A stretch of DNA of 64,000 nucleotides. It comes from Lysobacterales bacterium (GTDB taxonomy: Bacteria; Pseudomonadota; Gammaproteobacteria; Xanthomonadales; SZUA-5). Where the stretch lies: contig JALHMH010000007.1 of assembly GCA_022844165.1 (NCBI GenBank), forward strand, positions 64,001-128,000, written 5' to 3'. A program made the translations under genes and the position numbers. Of the stretch, positions 12,707 to 21,875 are shown piece by piece; the first letter of the stretch is position 1, and each line of letters starts with the position of its first letter. A model generated the notes under the pieces. The model saw only the letters and a list, made by a program, of their open reading frames with translations. It did not search any database and was not told where the DNA came from.

Positions 12707-15397
12707 TCAGTTTTTGCGAGATTCTTGGCGCACTTCTTCAAGATCCTTGTCGACCATGTCACGGATTTGCACAGGATGTTGGTCGTTCAGACCGGCGCGC
12801 ATTGTCGCCAGTAGCTGTTCGGCCTCTGTATGACGCTGCATACCGCGCAGACTGCGCGCATGACGCAATGGCGCAAGCAGCGCGAACTGTGAGCCGTCGG
12901 TCGATAGACGGGATTCTTCCAATAGTTGCCTGGTCAGGGCATAGGCCTCATCGAATCGACCTTGGCGTTGTAACGATCCGGTGTATTGATAAAGCACGCG
13001 AAGCCGATCCGAATCGCCCGGAGCGAGCGTGCCAAGGGCGCGGTCGAGCGCTTCGCGGAACTCAGCATCGGCCTCTTCAAATCGCGCGTTGTTGCGCAAC
13101 GATGAGGCAAACTCGCTGCGCGCCACGAGTGTGCTGCGGTGCGCCTGGCCAAACCGCGTCTGGGTACCTTCGAGGGACGCTTCCAAGAGCGCAAGCGCCT
13201 CTTCATTGCGCGCCACGTTCGAGAACAAGACGCTCAGGTTCAAGGCTGTTTGCAGTGTTTCAGGATGCGTCTTCCCCTGCTGCTGGACACGCTTTCGATA
13301 CGCACGTTCCATGATCGGCAGCGCGCTGGCGATATCGCCCGTCAAATGCAGCAATCGCGCATAGTTCTCTTCCAGGGTCGTTAGCGTCGGGTGATCGACC
13401 TCCAGGTGTTGAACGCCCAAAGCGTGCGCTGCGCTCAGATGTTCGCGAGCGAGCGTTAAATTGCCCATCCGCTCATGACGCAGCGCCAAATTATTCGCCG
13501 CAACAAGCGTAAGCCAGTGCGTCGGCCCAAGCAGCTTTCCCAACTCGATGAAGGTTGTTTGCGCGAGCGCCAGCGCGGCGCCGTGTTCGCCATTGTCAAA
13601 CAACGCCGCGGATTTTTCAGTCAGCGCCTGCGCGGTATCAGGATCGATCGCACCGAAGGTCTCTTGCGCAAATCGGTAAGCCTCATCGGCAGCCGCCAAT
13701 GCCCGCTCCGGCCGCTTTGCACCGCGCTCGCTCAGGGCGATGTTGATGGATACATAAGCGCGCAATCGCGCGGCCCAATCCGCCGGGCATTCAAGACACT
13801 GCCCCGCGCTCGCCAGTTGCCCGAGCGTCTGACGAAACTCCACAAGCGCCGAATCGAACTCGCCGAGTTCTGTCAGGGCGCGCGCATGCGCCGCGAGAAT
13901 ATGCAGCCGCACCGCGGTGCTGGCAGCTTCCTCTCGCAGCAGCTCGGCCAACGCCTCGCGCGCTTCAGCCACACGACCACCCTCAAGCAAGGCGCGCGCC
14001 TTTCCAAACTCCGTCAGCTGAAGTCGCGCACCGGTGATGCCCGCCGCCCGAAAGTCGGCCGCGGCAGCGGCGAAGTACTCGACGGCACGCGGCGTATCGC
14101 CAAGCGCGCGCCAGGTTTCTGCCAGGGATGCGCGCATGCGCGCACGTGCGACAGGTGCGTCGGACAGGTTGCGTTCCAGTGCACGGTCGGCGTCGCCCAG
14201 GACGTCGTGAACGGTGACGGCCCGGCCCTTTGCAAAACTCGGATTGGCACGCGACAACAGCCCGGTCATCAGTTCGATCATGCCTTCGGATTCCTGGCGC
14301 TGGGCTTGTTCGCGCAGAGCGAACTGCATGCTGATGGTCGCGGCGCCAAACAAGGCCAGAGTGACAGCGGTTGCCGAAGCCACCAAAATACGATTGCGCC
14401 GCGCAAACCGGCGCATTTCGGCGTACAGGCTGGCTCGCCTCGCCAAGATTGCCTCATCCGCCAGATATCGGCGCAGGTCCTCGCTGAATTCAGCAGCGTT
14501 GCGATAGCGCTGGTCCTTTTCCTTGGCCAACGCTTTGGCGAAAATCGTATCGAGATCGCCGGCAAACCTGGCGTCGACACTGGCCAGAGGCCGCGGCACA
14601 GCGTTAATGATGGCGTTGAGCACTTGCGCCAGATTGACGCCGGTCACGGTGTAGGGCATCGCGCCGGTCAACAGGCGATAGCCAATCATGCCGAGCGCAT
14701 ACACGTCGGTGCGGATATCGACCGCACCGGGCTCGCTCATCGCTTGCTCTGGGCTCATATAGGCCACGGTGCCGACCACAACGCCGACACCAGTCAGTTC
14801 GTCGCCGCCACGGTCGGCCGACAGGCGTGCAACGCCAAAGTCGAGCACCTTGGGTTGGCCGTCAGCTTTGACCAGAATGTTGCTGGGTTTCAGATCGCGA
14901 TGAATGACACCGCGGATATGCGCGTGTTCTACCGCGTCGCAAATGCGACGCAAGATATCCAGACGCTCAGGCACACCGATCGCTGCGCAGTAATCGAGCA
15001 GCGGCGTGCCTTGCACATACTCCATTGCGATATACGGTGCACGGCCCATCTCGGCGGAGGTACGGCCACTGGCGATCACTTGAGCGATGCCGGGATGGGT
15101 GAATCGCGCGAGGATCTGCGCTTCCTGTTGGAAGCGCGCCAGGTGTTCGGCGTGGGTGATGCCGACGTGCAGCGTTTTGATGGCTACCAGACGCTGCGGG
15201 TGACGTTGTTGCGCCAGAAACACAACGCCCATGCCACCGGCACCGAGCACACGGACGATGGAAAAATCGTCGATGTCATGCCCAATCCAGGCCGCCGGCG
15301 TGAGTGCCAGCGGCAGAACCGTTGGTCCTGCCGCCGCCGAAACGGCGACCCGCGATGGCGGGTCGACGGCCTGCATCAGCGTTGCCGGCTGCTCCAT
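12707..15397 (-). CDS. Membrane Ser/Thr protein kinase with C-terminal TPR repeats (start uncertain: 15397 or 15412)
   Basis: GAGGMG, VAIK, HRDLKPSN, DFG, YMSPEQA; one TM helix; repeated G..HP.TL..NLA TPR units. Confidence 0.9.
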   Translation of the reverse strand: MEQPATLMQAVDPPSRVAVSAAAGPTVLPLALTPAAWIGHDIDDFSIVRVLGAGGMGVVFLAQQRHPQRLVAIKTLHVGITHAEHLARFQQEAQILARFTHPGIAQVIASGRTSAEMGRAPYIAMEYVQGTPLLDYCAAIGVPERLDILRRICDAVEHAHIRGVIHRDLKPSNILVKADGQPKVLDFGVARLSADRGGDELTGVGVVVGTVAYMSPEQAMSEPGAVDIRTDVYALGMIGYRLLTGAMPYTVTGVNLAQVLNAIINAVPRPLASVDARFAGDLDTIFAKALAKEKDQRYRNAAEFSEDLRRYLADEAILARRASLYAEMRRFARRNRILVASATAVTLALFGAATISMQFALREQAQRQESEGMIELMTGLLSRANPSFAKGRAVTVHDVLGDADRALERNLSDAPVARARMRASLAETWRALGDTPRAVEYFAAAAADFRAAGITGARLQLTEFGKARALLEGGRVAEAREALAELLREEAASTAVRLHILAAHARALTELGEFDSALVEFRQTLGQLASAGQCLECPADWAARLRAYVSINIALSERGAKRPERALAAADEAYRFAQETFGAIDPDTAQALTEKSAALFDNGEHGAALALAQTTFIELGKLLGPTHWLTLVAANNLALRHERMGNLTLAREHLSAAHALGVQHLEVDHPTLTTLEENYARLLHLTGDIASALPIMERAYRKRVQQQGKTHPETLQTALNLSVLFSNVARNEEALALLEASLEGTQTRFGQAHRSTLVARSEFASSLRNNARFEEADAEFREALDRALGTLAPGDSDRLRVLYQYTGSLQRQGRFDEAYALTRQLLEESRLSTDGSQFALLAPLRHARSLRGMQRHTEAEQLLATMRAGLNDQHPVQIRDMVDKDLEEVRQESRKN

Positions 15398-15428
15398 CCT
15401 GCACCATTTCATCCCTGTTCCGTGCAGT

Positions 15429-18146
15429 TTACTCCGGTTGCACCGGCGCCACGATGCCGAAGATGCGATTGGCTTGCGGTTGATGATCGCCCGGGGTGTT
15501 GTCGGTGAGCGGGAAAACCACGCGATTACCGGAAATGACGGCACCGCTCACCGTTTGCCAGGCGATGGTTGTGCTGTCGCCCACCACTGTTGGGCCATAG
15601 CGCCGCAGCTGCCAGCCGCTGCCCGAGAACTCATAGCCGTGATAGATGATTTCAGCCAGCGCATACGGACAATTCTGAAACTCGAACTGCAACGGCAGTC
15701 GCCCCTGAACGAATCCCGTGTCGTCCAGTACCGTTTCGCTGCTCAGTGAGGCAACGTTGACAATTTGTGTGCAGGCTGTGCCGCTCTTTTCCTGACCGGG
15801 GTTCAGCTGAATATCGCTGAGCGTACCTTGTTGTGCTTCGCCTTTGTCCTCTGTATCGAAGACGAAACTCGCCACGCCACTTTGCTCAGCATCGACGATA
15901 CCGTCGCCATTGCCATCTCCGCCGTTCGGTGCAGAAGACTCGGTGGCATTCGAAGCGCCATCGAGGTCGCTGTCTGCGTGTTGCGTCGATCGCATGGTTC
16001 CGCCGGCCGTTCCCGTGTGCACGGTCGGCGTACCGTCGGCTGCATATGAGACCGCCAGACCAGCGCCGCCAACGGCAGGCGAACCAACGCCAGTGGGCAT
16101 CCAGGACAGGCCACCGTTGTCGCTGCGGTACACGCCACCTGGCGCGGCATCTTTTCCGGCGACGCTGGCATAGATGCGCTGGCGGTTCTGAGGATCGGCT
16201 TGCAGTGCGAGGACTTCCGTGCCCGAGATGCCGTTGTCTTGACGCGTCCATCGCAGTCCGCCGTCATCGCTGCGGTAGATGCGGGCCTGGCCCGGCTGGC
16301 TGGGATCGGACATGCCGACAAACACGCGCCCGTCGACGACGACCAGCGCGGAGACGTCCCAAACAGCACCGGTGCCGCTCATCCTGGGTAGTCCTTCGGT
16401 GGCCTCCGTAAACCGTCCGTTGTGGGCGACGAACACCCCGTTCGAGCCGATGGGTAGCGCATCTGCGCAGCTGGCGCAGTAGCCGTTGGCGCGTGTACCG
16501 ACGAATATCTGACCGGGTTTGCCGATGGCAATTGCTGTCGGAGTCGGCGCATACGTGCCGGGTGTGCAGGCGCCAACGGGTAGCGTATCGAATGGTTGCC
16601 ATGAAGCGGCGGCATCAACGCTGCGCCAGACGCGCGGCACTTTGAGCCCGGCCTGCCCTTGGTCACATTGGATGCGGCCATCCGCCGCAAAGTAGAGCAC
16701 CTGCGCAACACCCTGTTTGACCGATGCGGTGTCGACAACGAGCGAGCGCACCTGCCCCAGTTGCGCCGCGCCACCGGTGGGCATCGGCACGAGGCGATCT
16801 GCAGCGGACCAGCTGCGACCGCTGTCGCTGCTCACAAAGACGCCTCCGCGATAGCTCGACTGCGGCATCCCCAGCGGCGCAAAGTCGGCGCCAACGGCAT
16901 ACACGCGGACATTCATTGGCGACAGCGCGTTGCCGGGGTCGTATACCAGCGCATTGATCGTATCGAGCCCCAGATCTGAATTCGATCGAAACCAGGTGAG
17001 GCCGTTGTCCTCTGACCGATAAAGCGCCGGCAGTGTCGGCCCTGCGCGATCATTGCGCACGCCCGCAAGCAGAATCGAGCCGTGCGGCGGCTGCGCGGCG
17101 ATCGCGGCGATTGGCGTACTGCGAGGCCCGCCGCCGACATTCGTCCATTGCCGATCGGTACTTCCTGCAACAAGCACACCCTCTGCAGAGAACGCGACCC
17201 ATCGGTTGTGACGCGAATCGATCAGAACTTCGCCGATGGCTTGTGTGCCCGAGCCACGCTGCGTGACGAAGCTGGTACCGCCGTCCTGACTCTGCGCAAC
17301 GCCTTCGGTCGTGCCGAACAACAACCGCTGACTATCCAGCGGATCCGAGGCGAGGCTTTGCAGACGCGCCGTACCCAACTGTGGTGTCAGATCCTCAAAG
17401 GCGCTGCCGCCATTCGGCGACCGATAGCTGCCGAAAGCACCGGAGAGGAAAAACTGGCCAACAACGTTGGCATTAAACGCGAACAGTTCGGCCCGCGCTG
17501 CGCCGTCGGCATCCCACGGACCTGCCACCGGCGAAAACCGCGCGCCACCGTCGGTACTCAGATACAAGCTTGCGGGGTGGTTCTTCAGATTGCGCTCACC
17601 GGCCCACACCAGGACACGGCGGCTGTTATTTGGGTCCACCGCAACCCGCTCGATGCGCTCGGGCAACTGCGTGTTCGCGACGCGCGTCCAGCGCTCGCCG
17701 GCATCGTCGCTGCGCCACAATCCGGCACGGGTCGCCAACCAGAGCTGGTTCGATGCGCTCGCGGCGTAGGCAATGTCCAGAGTCGCAAAACCCGGCGCGG
17801 TTGTTGGTAAGCCAACGCTCTTGCTGCGCCAGTTGCGTCCGCCATCGACAGAGATGAACGCACCGCCGGCGCCGGCCAGTGCCAGGATTTGTGCTCGATT
17901 CGGATGCGCAACGATGCGCAGCGCACCCGGCAGCGCCGAGGTCAGTCCGGCAGATGCGCTATGCCAGGTGGTGCCACCATCCATCGACTTGTAGATGAAT
18001 CGGTCGGCGCTTGCGTAAATAGCGCCATCGCTCACCGTGGCGCTGTCGATACGTCCGCCTTCGGGTCCGTGCGAGGTCCAGCGCAGATCAGAAGCGTGCG
18101 CCTGGAGGCCGATCATCATAGAGAGGCAGAGTGCATTGGTTTTCAT
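15429..18146 (-). CDS. Secreted BNR/Asp-box beta-propeller protein with a DxDxDG repeat and a C-terminal choice-of-anchor U-like domain
   Basis: Signal peptide MKTNALCL..AHA; many S-x-D-x-G-x-x-W Asp boxes; DSDLDG..APNGGDGNGDGIVD; YGPT..W..LTDN..GD tail. Confidence 0.8.
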   Translation of the reverse strand: MKTNALCLSMMIGLQAHASDLRWTSHGPEGGRIDSATVSDGAIYASADRFIYKSMDGGTTWHSASAGLTSALPGALRIVAHPNRAQILALAGAGGAFISVDGGRNWRSKSVGLPTTAPGFATLDIAYAASASNQLWLATRAGLWRSDDAGERWTRVANTQLPERIERVAVDPNNSRRVLVWAGERNLKNHPASLYLSTDGGARFSPVAGPWDADGAARAELFAFNANVVGQFFLSGAFGSYRSPNGGSAFEDLTPQLGTARLQSLASDPLDSQRLLFGTTEGVAQSQDGGTSFVTQRGSGTQAIGEVLIDSRHNRWVAFSAEGVLVAGSTDRQWTNVGGGPRSTPIAAIAAQPPHGSILLAGVRNDRAGPTLPALYRSEDNGLTWFRSNSDLGLDTINALVYDPGNALSPMNVRVYAVGADFAPLGMPQSSYRGGVFVSSDSGRSWSAADRLVPMPTGGAAQLGQVRSLVVDTASVKQGVAQVLYFAADGRIQCDQGQAGLKVPRVWRSVDAAASWQPFDTLPVGACTPGTYAPTPTAIAIGKPGQIFVGTRANGYCASCADALPIGSNGVFVAHNGRFTEATEGLPRMSGTGAVWDVSALVVVDGRVFVGMSDPSQPGQARIYRSDDGGLRWTRQDNGISGTEVLALQADPQNRQRIYASVAGKDAAPGGVYRSDNGGLSWMPTGVGSPAVGGAGLAVSYAADGTPTVHTGTAGGTMRSTQHADSDLDGASNATESSAPNGGDGNGDGIVDAEQSGVASFVFDTEDKGEAQQGTLSDIQLNPGQEKSGTACTQIVNVASLSSETVLDDTGFVQGRLPLQFEFQNCPYALAEIIYHGYEFSGSGWQLRRYGPTVVGDSTTIAWQTVSGAVISGNRVVFPLTDNTPGDHQPQANRIFGIVAPVQPE

Positions 18147-18252
18147 AGTAAAGTTCCTTAGCGCAATTCGCGCACGAGTCAAGTGAGCGGTCCGTTCGCC
18201 GCCCTTTTATTGATGCATAGATCGTCGTTGAGGAACTGCTGCCGCCAGTCGA

Positions 18253-18272
18253 TGTGAGAATTTGCGAGAATT
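18253..18272. promoter_or_regulatory. 10-bp tandem direct repeat, candidate OmpR-family binding site
   Basis: TGTGAGAATT TGCGAGAATT in the divergent gap between the propeller gene and the HK/RR pair. Confidence 0.55.
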
Positions 18273-18317
18273 GGGGACGCTAAATCCTCGCCACAAAGCC
18301 GCTTTTACGAGCTACGT

Positions 18318-19388
18318 TTGTTAGCCTTGCGCATGGTCGGGAGAGAGCAAACGGAGATGCGGCTCCAAGCCCTGGAAAATTCACCGAGTGGGGCTGAGTT
18401 GCGGCCGGGCAGTCTGGCTGACCTGCATGAATCTAACGCGCTCCTTGGCGGCGTGTTCGATTTGTCTCCCGTTGCGATGGCGCTGCACGAACCCGAACAT
18501 GTGATCCTCAATGCCGCCGCACAGCAGTTGTTGGGCACCGAGCGAGATGCCGATCCTGCGCGTTTCCTCCGGGCGCTGTCCGAGAAACTCGGCGCAGCGC
18601 CGCGCACTGGCGAATTCGTCAATGTCGATAGCGAAAGGCATTTTGTGGTCAATCAAACCCGACTCGTTGGTGCGGGCGAGTTGTGGTTGTGGTCGATACT
18701 GGACGTCAGCGCCACCCATCAATTGAAGCGTCAACGCGATCAGTTGCTGACGTTTTTCATGCACGACCTGCGCCATCCATTGTCGTCGATTCTGGCGGTG
18801 ACAGGCGATGAACATGCGGCGCCGGTCGCGCCGACACCGCAGCAATTTGCGGAGATTCGCCGGCTCGCCAGGTTAGGGCTGCGTTGGGCCGAAGACATGG
18901 CCGCACTGCTCCAGGCGAGTAGTCTCGAACCACGAACATTCCAGCAGATTCCGCTGCACGAGGTGGTCGACGAAGCGGTGCAAACCTGGTGGATCCATGC
19001 ACGCACGTCGGGAATCGAGCTGAAACTGATGAGTAACGATGAGGTCAACGTCCGCGGTCACCGGGAGTCTTTACTACGGGTGATCAGCAACCTCTTGCAC
19101 AACGCGATCGAGCACAGCCCACCTGGGAGCGTCGTCATTCTGGGTTCGACACGCAGCCCCCTGGGTACACAACTGCGTATCCGCAATCGCGTGCTCGCGC
19201 CGGGCGACCGTCGGCGCGGACTCGGATTGGGTTTGCGGTATGTGCAAAGCGTAGCCAAGCAGCACGGAATCAGTTTCGCCGCTGGAATGCCGGCGGACGG
19301 CGAACACTTCGAGGCGACGCTGCATTTCGTCGCCGACGTATTGCGCGCGCCGCCATCGCGTCGCGCGTTGCAGGCCCAACGCCCATGA
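18318..19388 (+). CDS. Cytoplasmic sensor histidine kinase with an atypical ATP-binding domain (start uncertain)
   Basis: H-box FMHDLRHPL, N-box NLLHNAIEHS, G2 GLGLGL; PAS-like region; ATGA overlap with the response regulator. Confidence 0.82.
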   Translation: MLALRMVGREQTEMRLQALENSPSGAELRPGSLADLHESNALLGGVFDLSPVAMALHEPEHVILNAAAQQLLGTERDADPARFLRALSEKLGAAPRTGEFVNVDSERHFVVNQTRLVGAGELWLWSILDVSATHQLKRQRDQLLTFFMHDLRHPLSSILAVTGDEHAAPVAPTPQQFAEIRRLARLGLRWAEDMAALLQASSLEPRTFQQIPLHEVVDEAVQTWWIHARTSGIELKLMSNDEVNVRGHRESLLRVISNLLHNAIEHSPPGSVVILGSTRSPLGTQLRIRNRVLAPGDRRRGLGLGLRYVQSVAKQHGISFAAGMPADGEHFEATLHFVADVLRAPPSRRALQAQRP

Positions 19389-20077
19389 ACATGTACCCGA
19401 TCGCCGTTGTTGAAGACGACGAAAACATTCGCCAGTTCCTGATTCGCGTTTTGAACGAAGCGGGATACGAAGCTCATGGATTCGAACTGGGCCGCAAATA
19501 CATCGCAGCGCTCGCGCAACAGACATTCGCGCTTGTGGTGCTCGATTGGGAACTGCCGGATGTAAACGGGATCGAAATTGTGGCATTGATGCGCGGCTCG
19601 ATGAACTCGGTCACGCCGGTCTTGTTTGTGACGCATCGGGATAGCGAGGCCGATGTCGTGACCGCCCTCGGCGCTGGCGCAGACGACTTCCTGAGTAAAC
19701 CGGTTCGAAGCATGGAGTTGATTGCGCGCGTGAACGCGCAGCTGCGCCGCTCGCACACTGTCCAGGAGGAAGACGAACGTATCGTCGGCAATATCCAACT
19801 GAATCGGCATCTGGCCTACGCGCAAATCGGCGATCAGCGAATCGAAATGACCGAACGGGAATTTCTGCTGGCGTGGTTGTTGTTTGGCCGTGTCGGCACG
19901 CTGATGACGCGCGAAGAGCTGGCACGCAGCCTGTCTGGCGCACGTGGCATGGTCGATTCACGAAGCCTGGATACTGCGATTTATCGGATGCGCAAGCGCC
20001 TCGCGATCGAACCGAAGAATGGGCTGTTGCTGCGCACAGTGTATGGCGTCGGATATCGCCTGGAGCGCGTCGGTTGA
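19385..20077 (+). CDS. OmpR/PhoB family response regulator
   Basis: VEDD, LDWELP (phospho-Asp), GADDFLSKP, winged helix ending TVYGVGYRL. Confidence 0.93.
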   Translation: MNMYPIAVVEDDENIRQFLIRVLNEAGYEAHGFELGRKYIAALAQQTFALVVLDWELPDVNGIEIVALMRGSMNSVTPVLFVTHRDSEADVVTALGAGADDFLSKPVRSMELIARVNAQLRRSHTVQEEDERIVGNIQLNRHLAYAQIGDQRIEMTEREFLLAWLLFGRVGTLMTREELARSLSGARGMVDSRSLDTAIYRMRKRLAIEPKNGLLLRTVYGVGYRLERVG

Positions 20078-20193
20078 GCGCTGTTGGAAAATCTCTTCCG
20101 GCCGCCTAGGCAGAAGGCGGGATCGCGCCGAGCGCCGCCGAGTCCTCCGCGGACGGCTATGCTCCCGGCACAATTTGCCGTCCGACGTTGCCG

Positions 20194-21753
20194 ATGAATA
20201 TCCATGCCGACAAGATCCTGATCCTTGACTTTGGTTCGCAATACACGCAGCTCATCGCGCGGCGAATCCGCGAGTTGGGTGTGTATTGCGAAATCTGGTC
20301 ATGGGACCACGAACCCTCGGAAATAGCGGGTTTTGCGCCGAAAGGCATCATTTTGTCGGGCGGGCCGGAATCGACGCTGGATCCGCAGTCGCCGCGGGCG
20401 CCAGAGCAGGTCTGGAGCGCCGGCGTGCCCGTGCTCGGCATCTGCTACGGGATGCAGACGATGGCCATGCAACTGGGCGGGCGAGTCGTGCCGGGGCACG
20501 AGCGCGAGTTCGGATATGCCTCGGTGCTGCCCACCGGGCGCTCGCGTCTGCTCGATGGGCTCGACGAGAATCCGGCAAATGCGCTGGATGTGTGGATGAG
20601 CCACGGCGATCGTGTCGATGCCCTGCCGCCTGGCTTTCAGACCATCGGCGCCACGCAGACCGTGCCGATTGTTGCGATGGCCGATGAGCGACGTGGGCTT
20701 TATGGCGTTCAGTTTCATCCCGAAGTCACGCACACCGCCAAGGGGGGCGCGATCTTGCGTCGCTTCCTGGTGGACATCTGCGGCGCCGCGACGCTTTGGA
20801 CCTCAGAGCTGATTATCGACGATGCCATGGCGCGCGTGCGCGCTCAGGTCGGTTCCGACATCGTGCTTCTCGGCTTGTCAGGCGGTGTGGACTCGTCGGT
20901 CGTTGCAGCGCTGCTGCATAAGGCCATCGGCCAGCAGCTGATCTGTTTGTTCGTCGACACCGGACTGCTGCGCTACAACGAAGGCGATCAGGTGATGGAC
21001 CAGTTCGCCGGTCAGCGGCACCTGAACGTGGTTCGCATCGACGCGCGCGAGCGGTTTTTCGACGCTCTGAGCGGCGTGGCCGACCCTGAAGCCAAGCGCA
21101 AGATCATTGGTGCCGAATTTGTGGCGGTGTTCGACGAAGCCGCGCGTCGCTACGGCAATGCCCGGTGGCTGGCGCAAGGGACGATCTACCCCGATGTGAT
21201 CGAATCGGCCGGCTCGAAGACTGGCAAAGCGCACGTCATTAAGTCGCACCACAATGTCGGCGGCTTGCCAGCCGGGATGCGCATGGGATTGGTCGAGCCC
21301 TTGCGCGAGCTGTTCAAAGATGAGGTGCGGCGATTGGGTGTTACACTCGGCCTGCCGCCCGAGATGGTTTACCGCCATCCGTTTCCTGGTCCCGGCCTTG
21401 GCGTGCGCATTCTCGGCGAAGTCACCCGCGATGCTGCGGACGTGCTGCAACGCGCGGACGCGATCTTCATCGATGAGCTGCGCGCTGCCGGTTGGTACGA
21501 CAAGGTCAGTCAGGCATTCGCCGTGTACCTGCCGTGCCGTTCAGTGGGCGTCGTTGGCGACGCGCGCGCCTACGAGCCGGTCATCGCCCTGCGCGCGGTC
21601 GAGACCATCGATTTCATGACCGCACACTGGGCGCATTTGCCCTATCACTTGCTCGATCATGTCGCACGGCGCATCGTCAACGAAGTTCGCGGCGTCAGTC
21701 GCGTGGTCTATGACATCAGCGGCAAACCGCCTGCGACCATCGAATGGGAATAA
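20194..21753 (+). CDS. guaA: GMP synthase (glutamine-hydrolysing)
   Basis: [54 protein letters not shown]. Confidence 0.97.
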   Translation: MNIHADKILILDFGSQYTQLIARRIRELGVYCEIWSWDHEPSEIAGFAPKGIILSGGPESTLDPQSPRAPEQVWSAGVPVLGICYGMQTMAMQLGGRVVPGHEREFGYASVLPTGRSRLLDGLDENPANALDVWMSHGDRVDALPPGFQTIGATQTVPIVAMADERRGLYGVQFHPEVTHTAKGGAILRRFLVDICGAATLWTSELIIDDAMARVRAQVGSDIVLLGLSGGVDSSVVAALLHKAIGQQLICLFVDTGLLRYNEGDQVMDQFAGQRHLNVVRIDARERFFDALSGVADPEAKRKIIGAEFVAVFDEAARRYGNARWLAQGTIYPDVIESAGSKTGKAHVIKSHHNVGGLPAGMRMGLVEPLRELFKDEVRRLGVTLGLPPEMVYRHPFPGPGLGVRILGEVTRDAADVLQRADAIFIDELRAAGWYDKVSQAFAVYLPCRSVGVVGDARAYEPVIALRAVETIDFMTAHWAHLPYHLLDHVARRIVNEVRGVSRVVYDISGKPPATIEWE

Positions 21754-21875
21754 GCGATCGTGGAATTGTGAACCCTGGCTAACCAGCAGTGATGCAGCTA
21801 TCTGCCATCGGCCTGCATTCCTGCGTTTAGCTCTGACAGCGGTACACTTACACAACTCTATGCCTGGGCCTTGCC

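Noticed and set aside
13475-15508. Long antisense ORFs (also 34865..36478, 45562..47202, 61076..62413)
   Set aside because: Typical stop-poor antisense frames of GC-rich genes, with no domain signatures
21754-21875. Island integrated at the guaA 3' end (a known hotspot)
   Set aside because: No integrase follows guaA, and I found no duplicated guaA 3' end in the window
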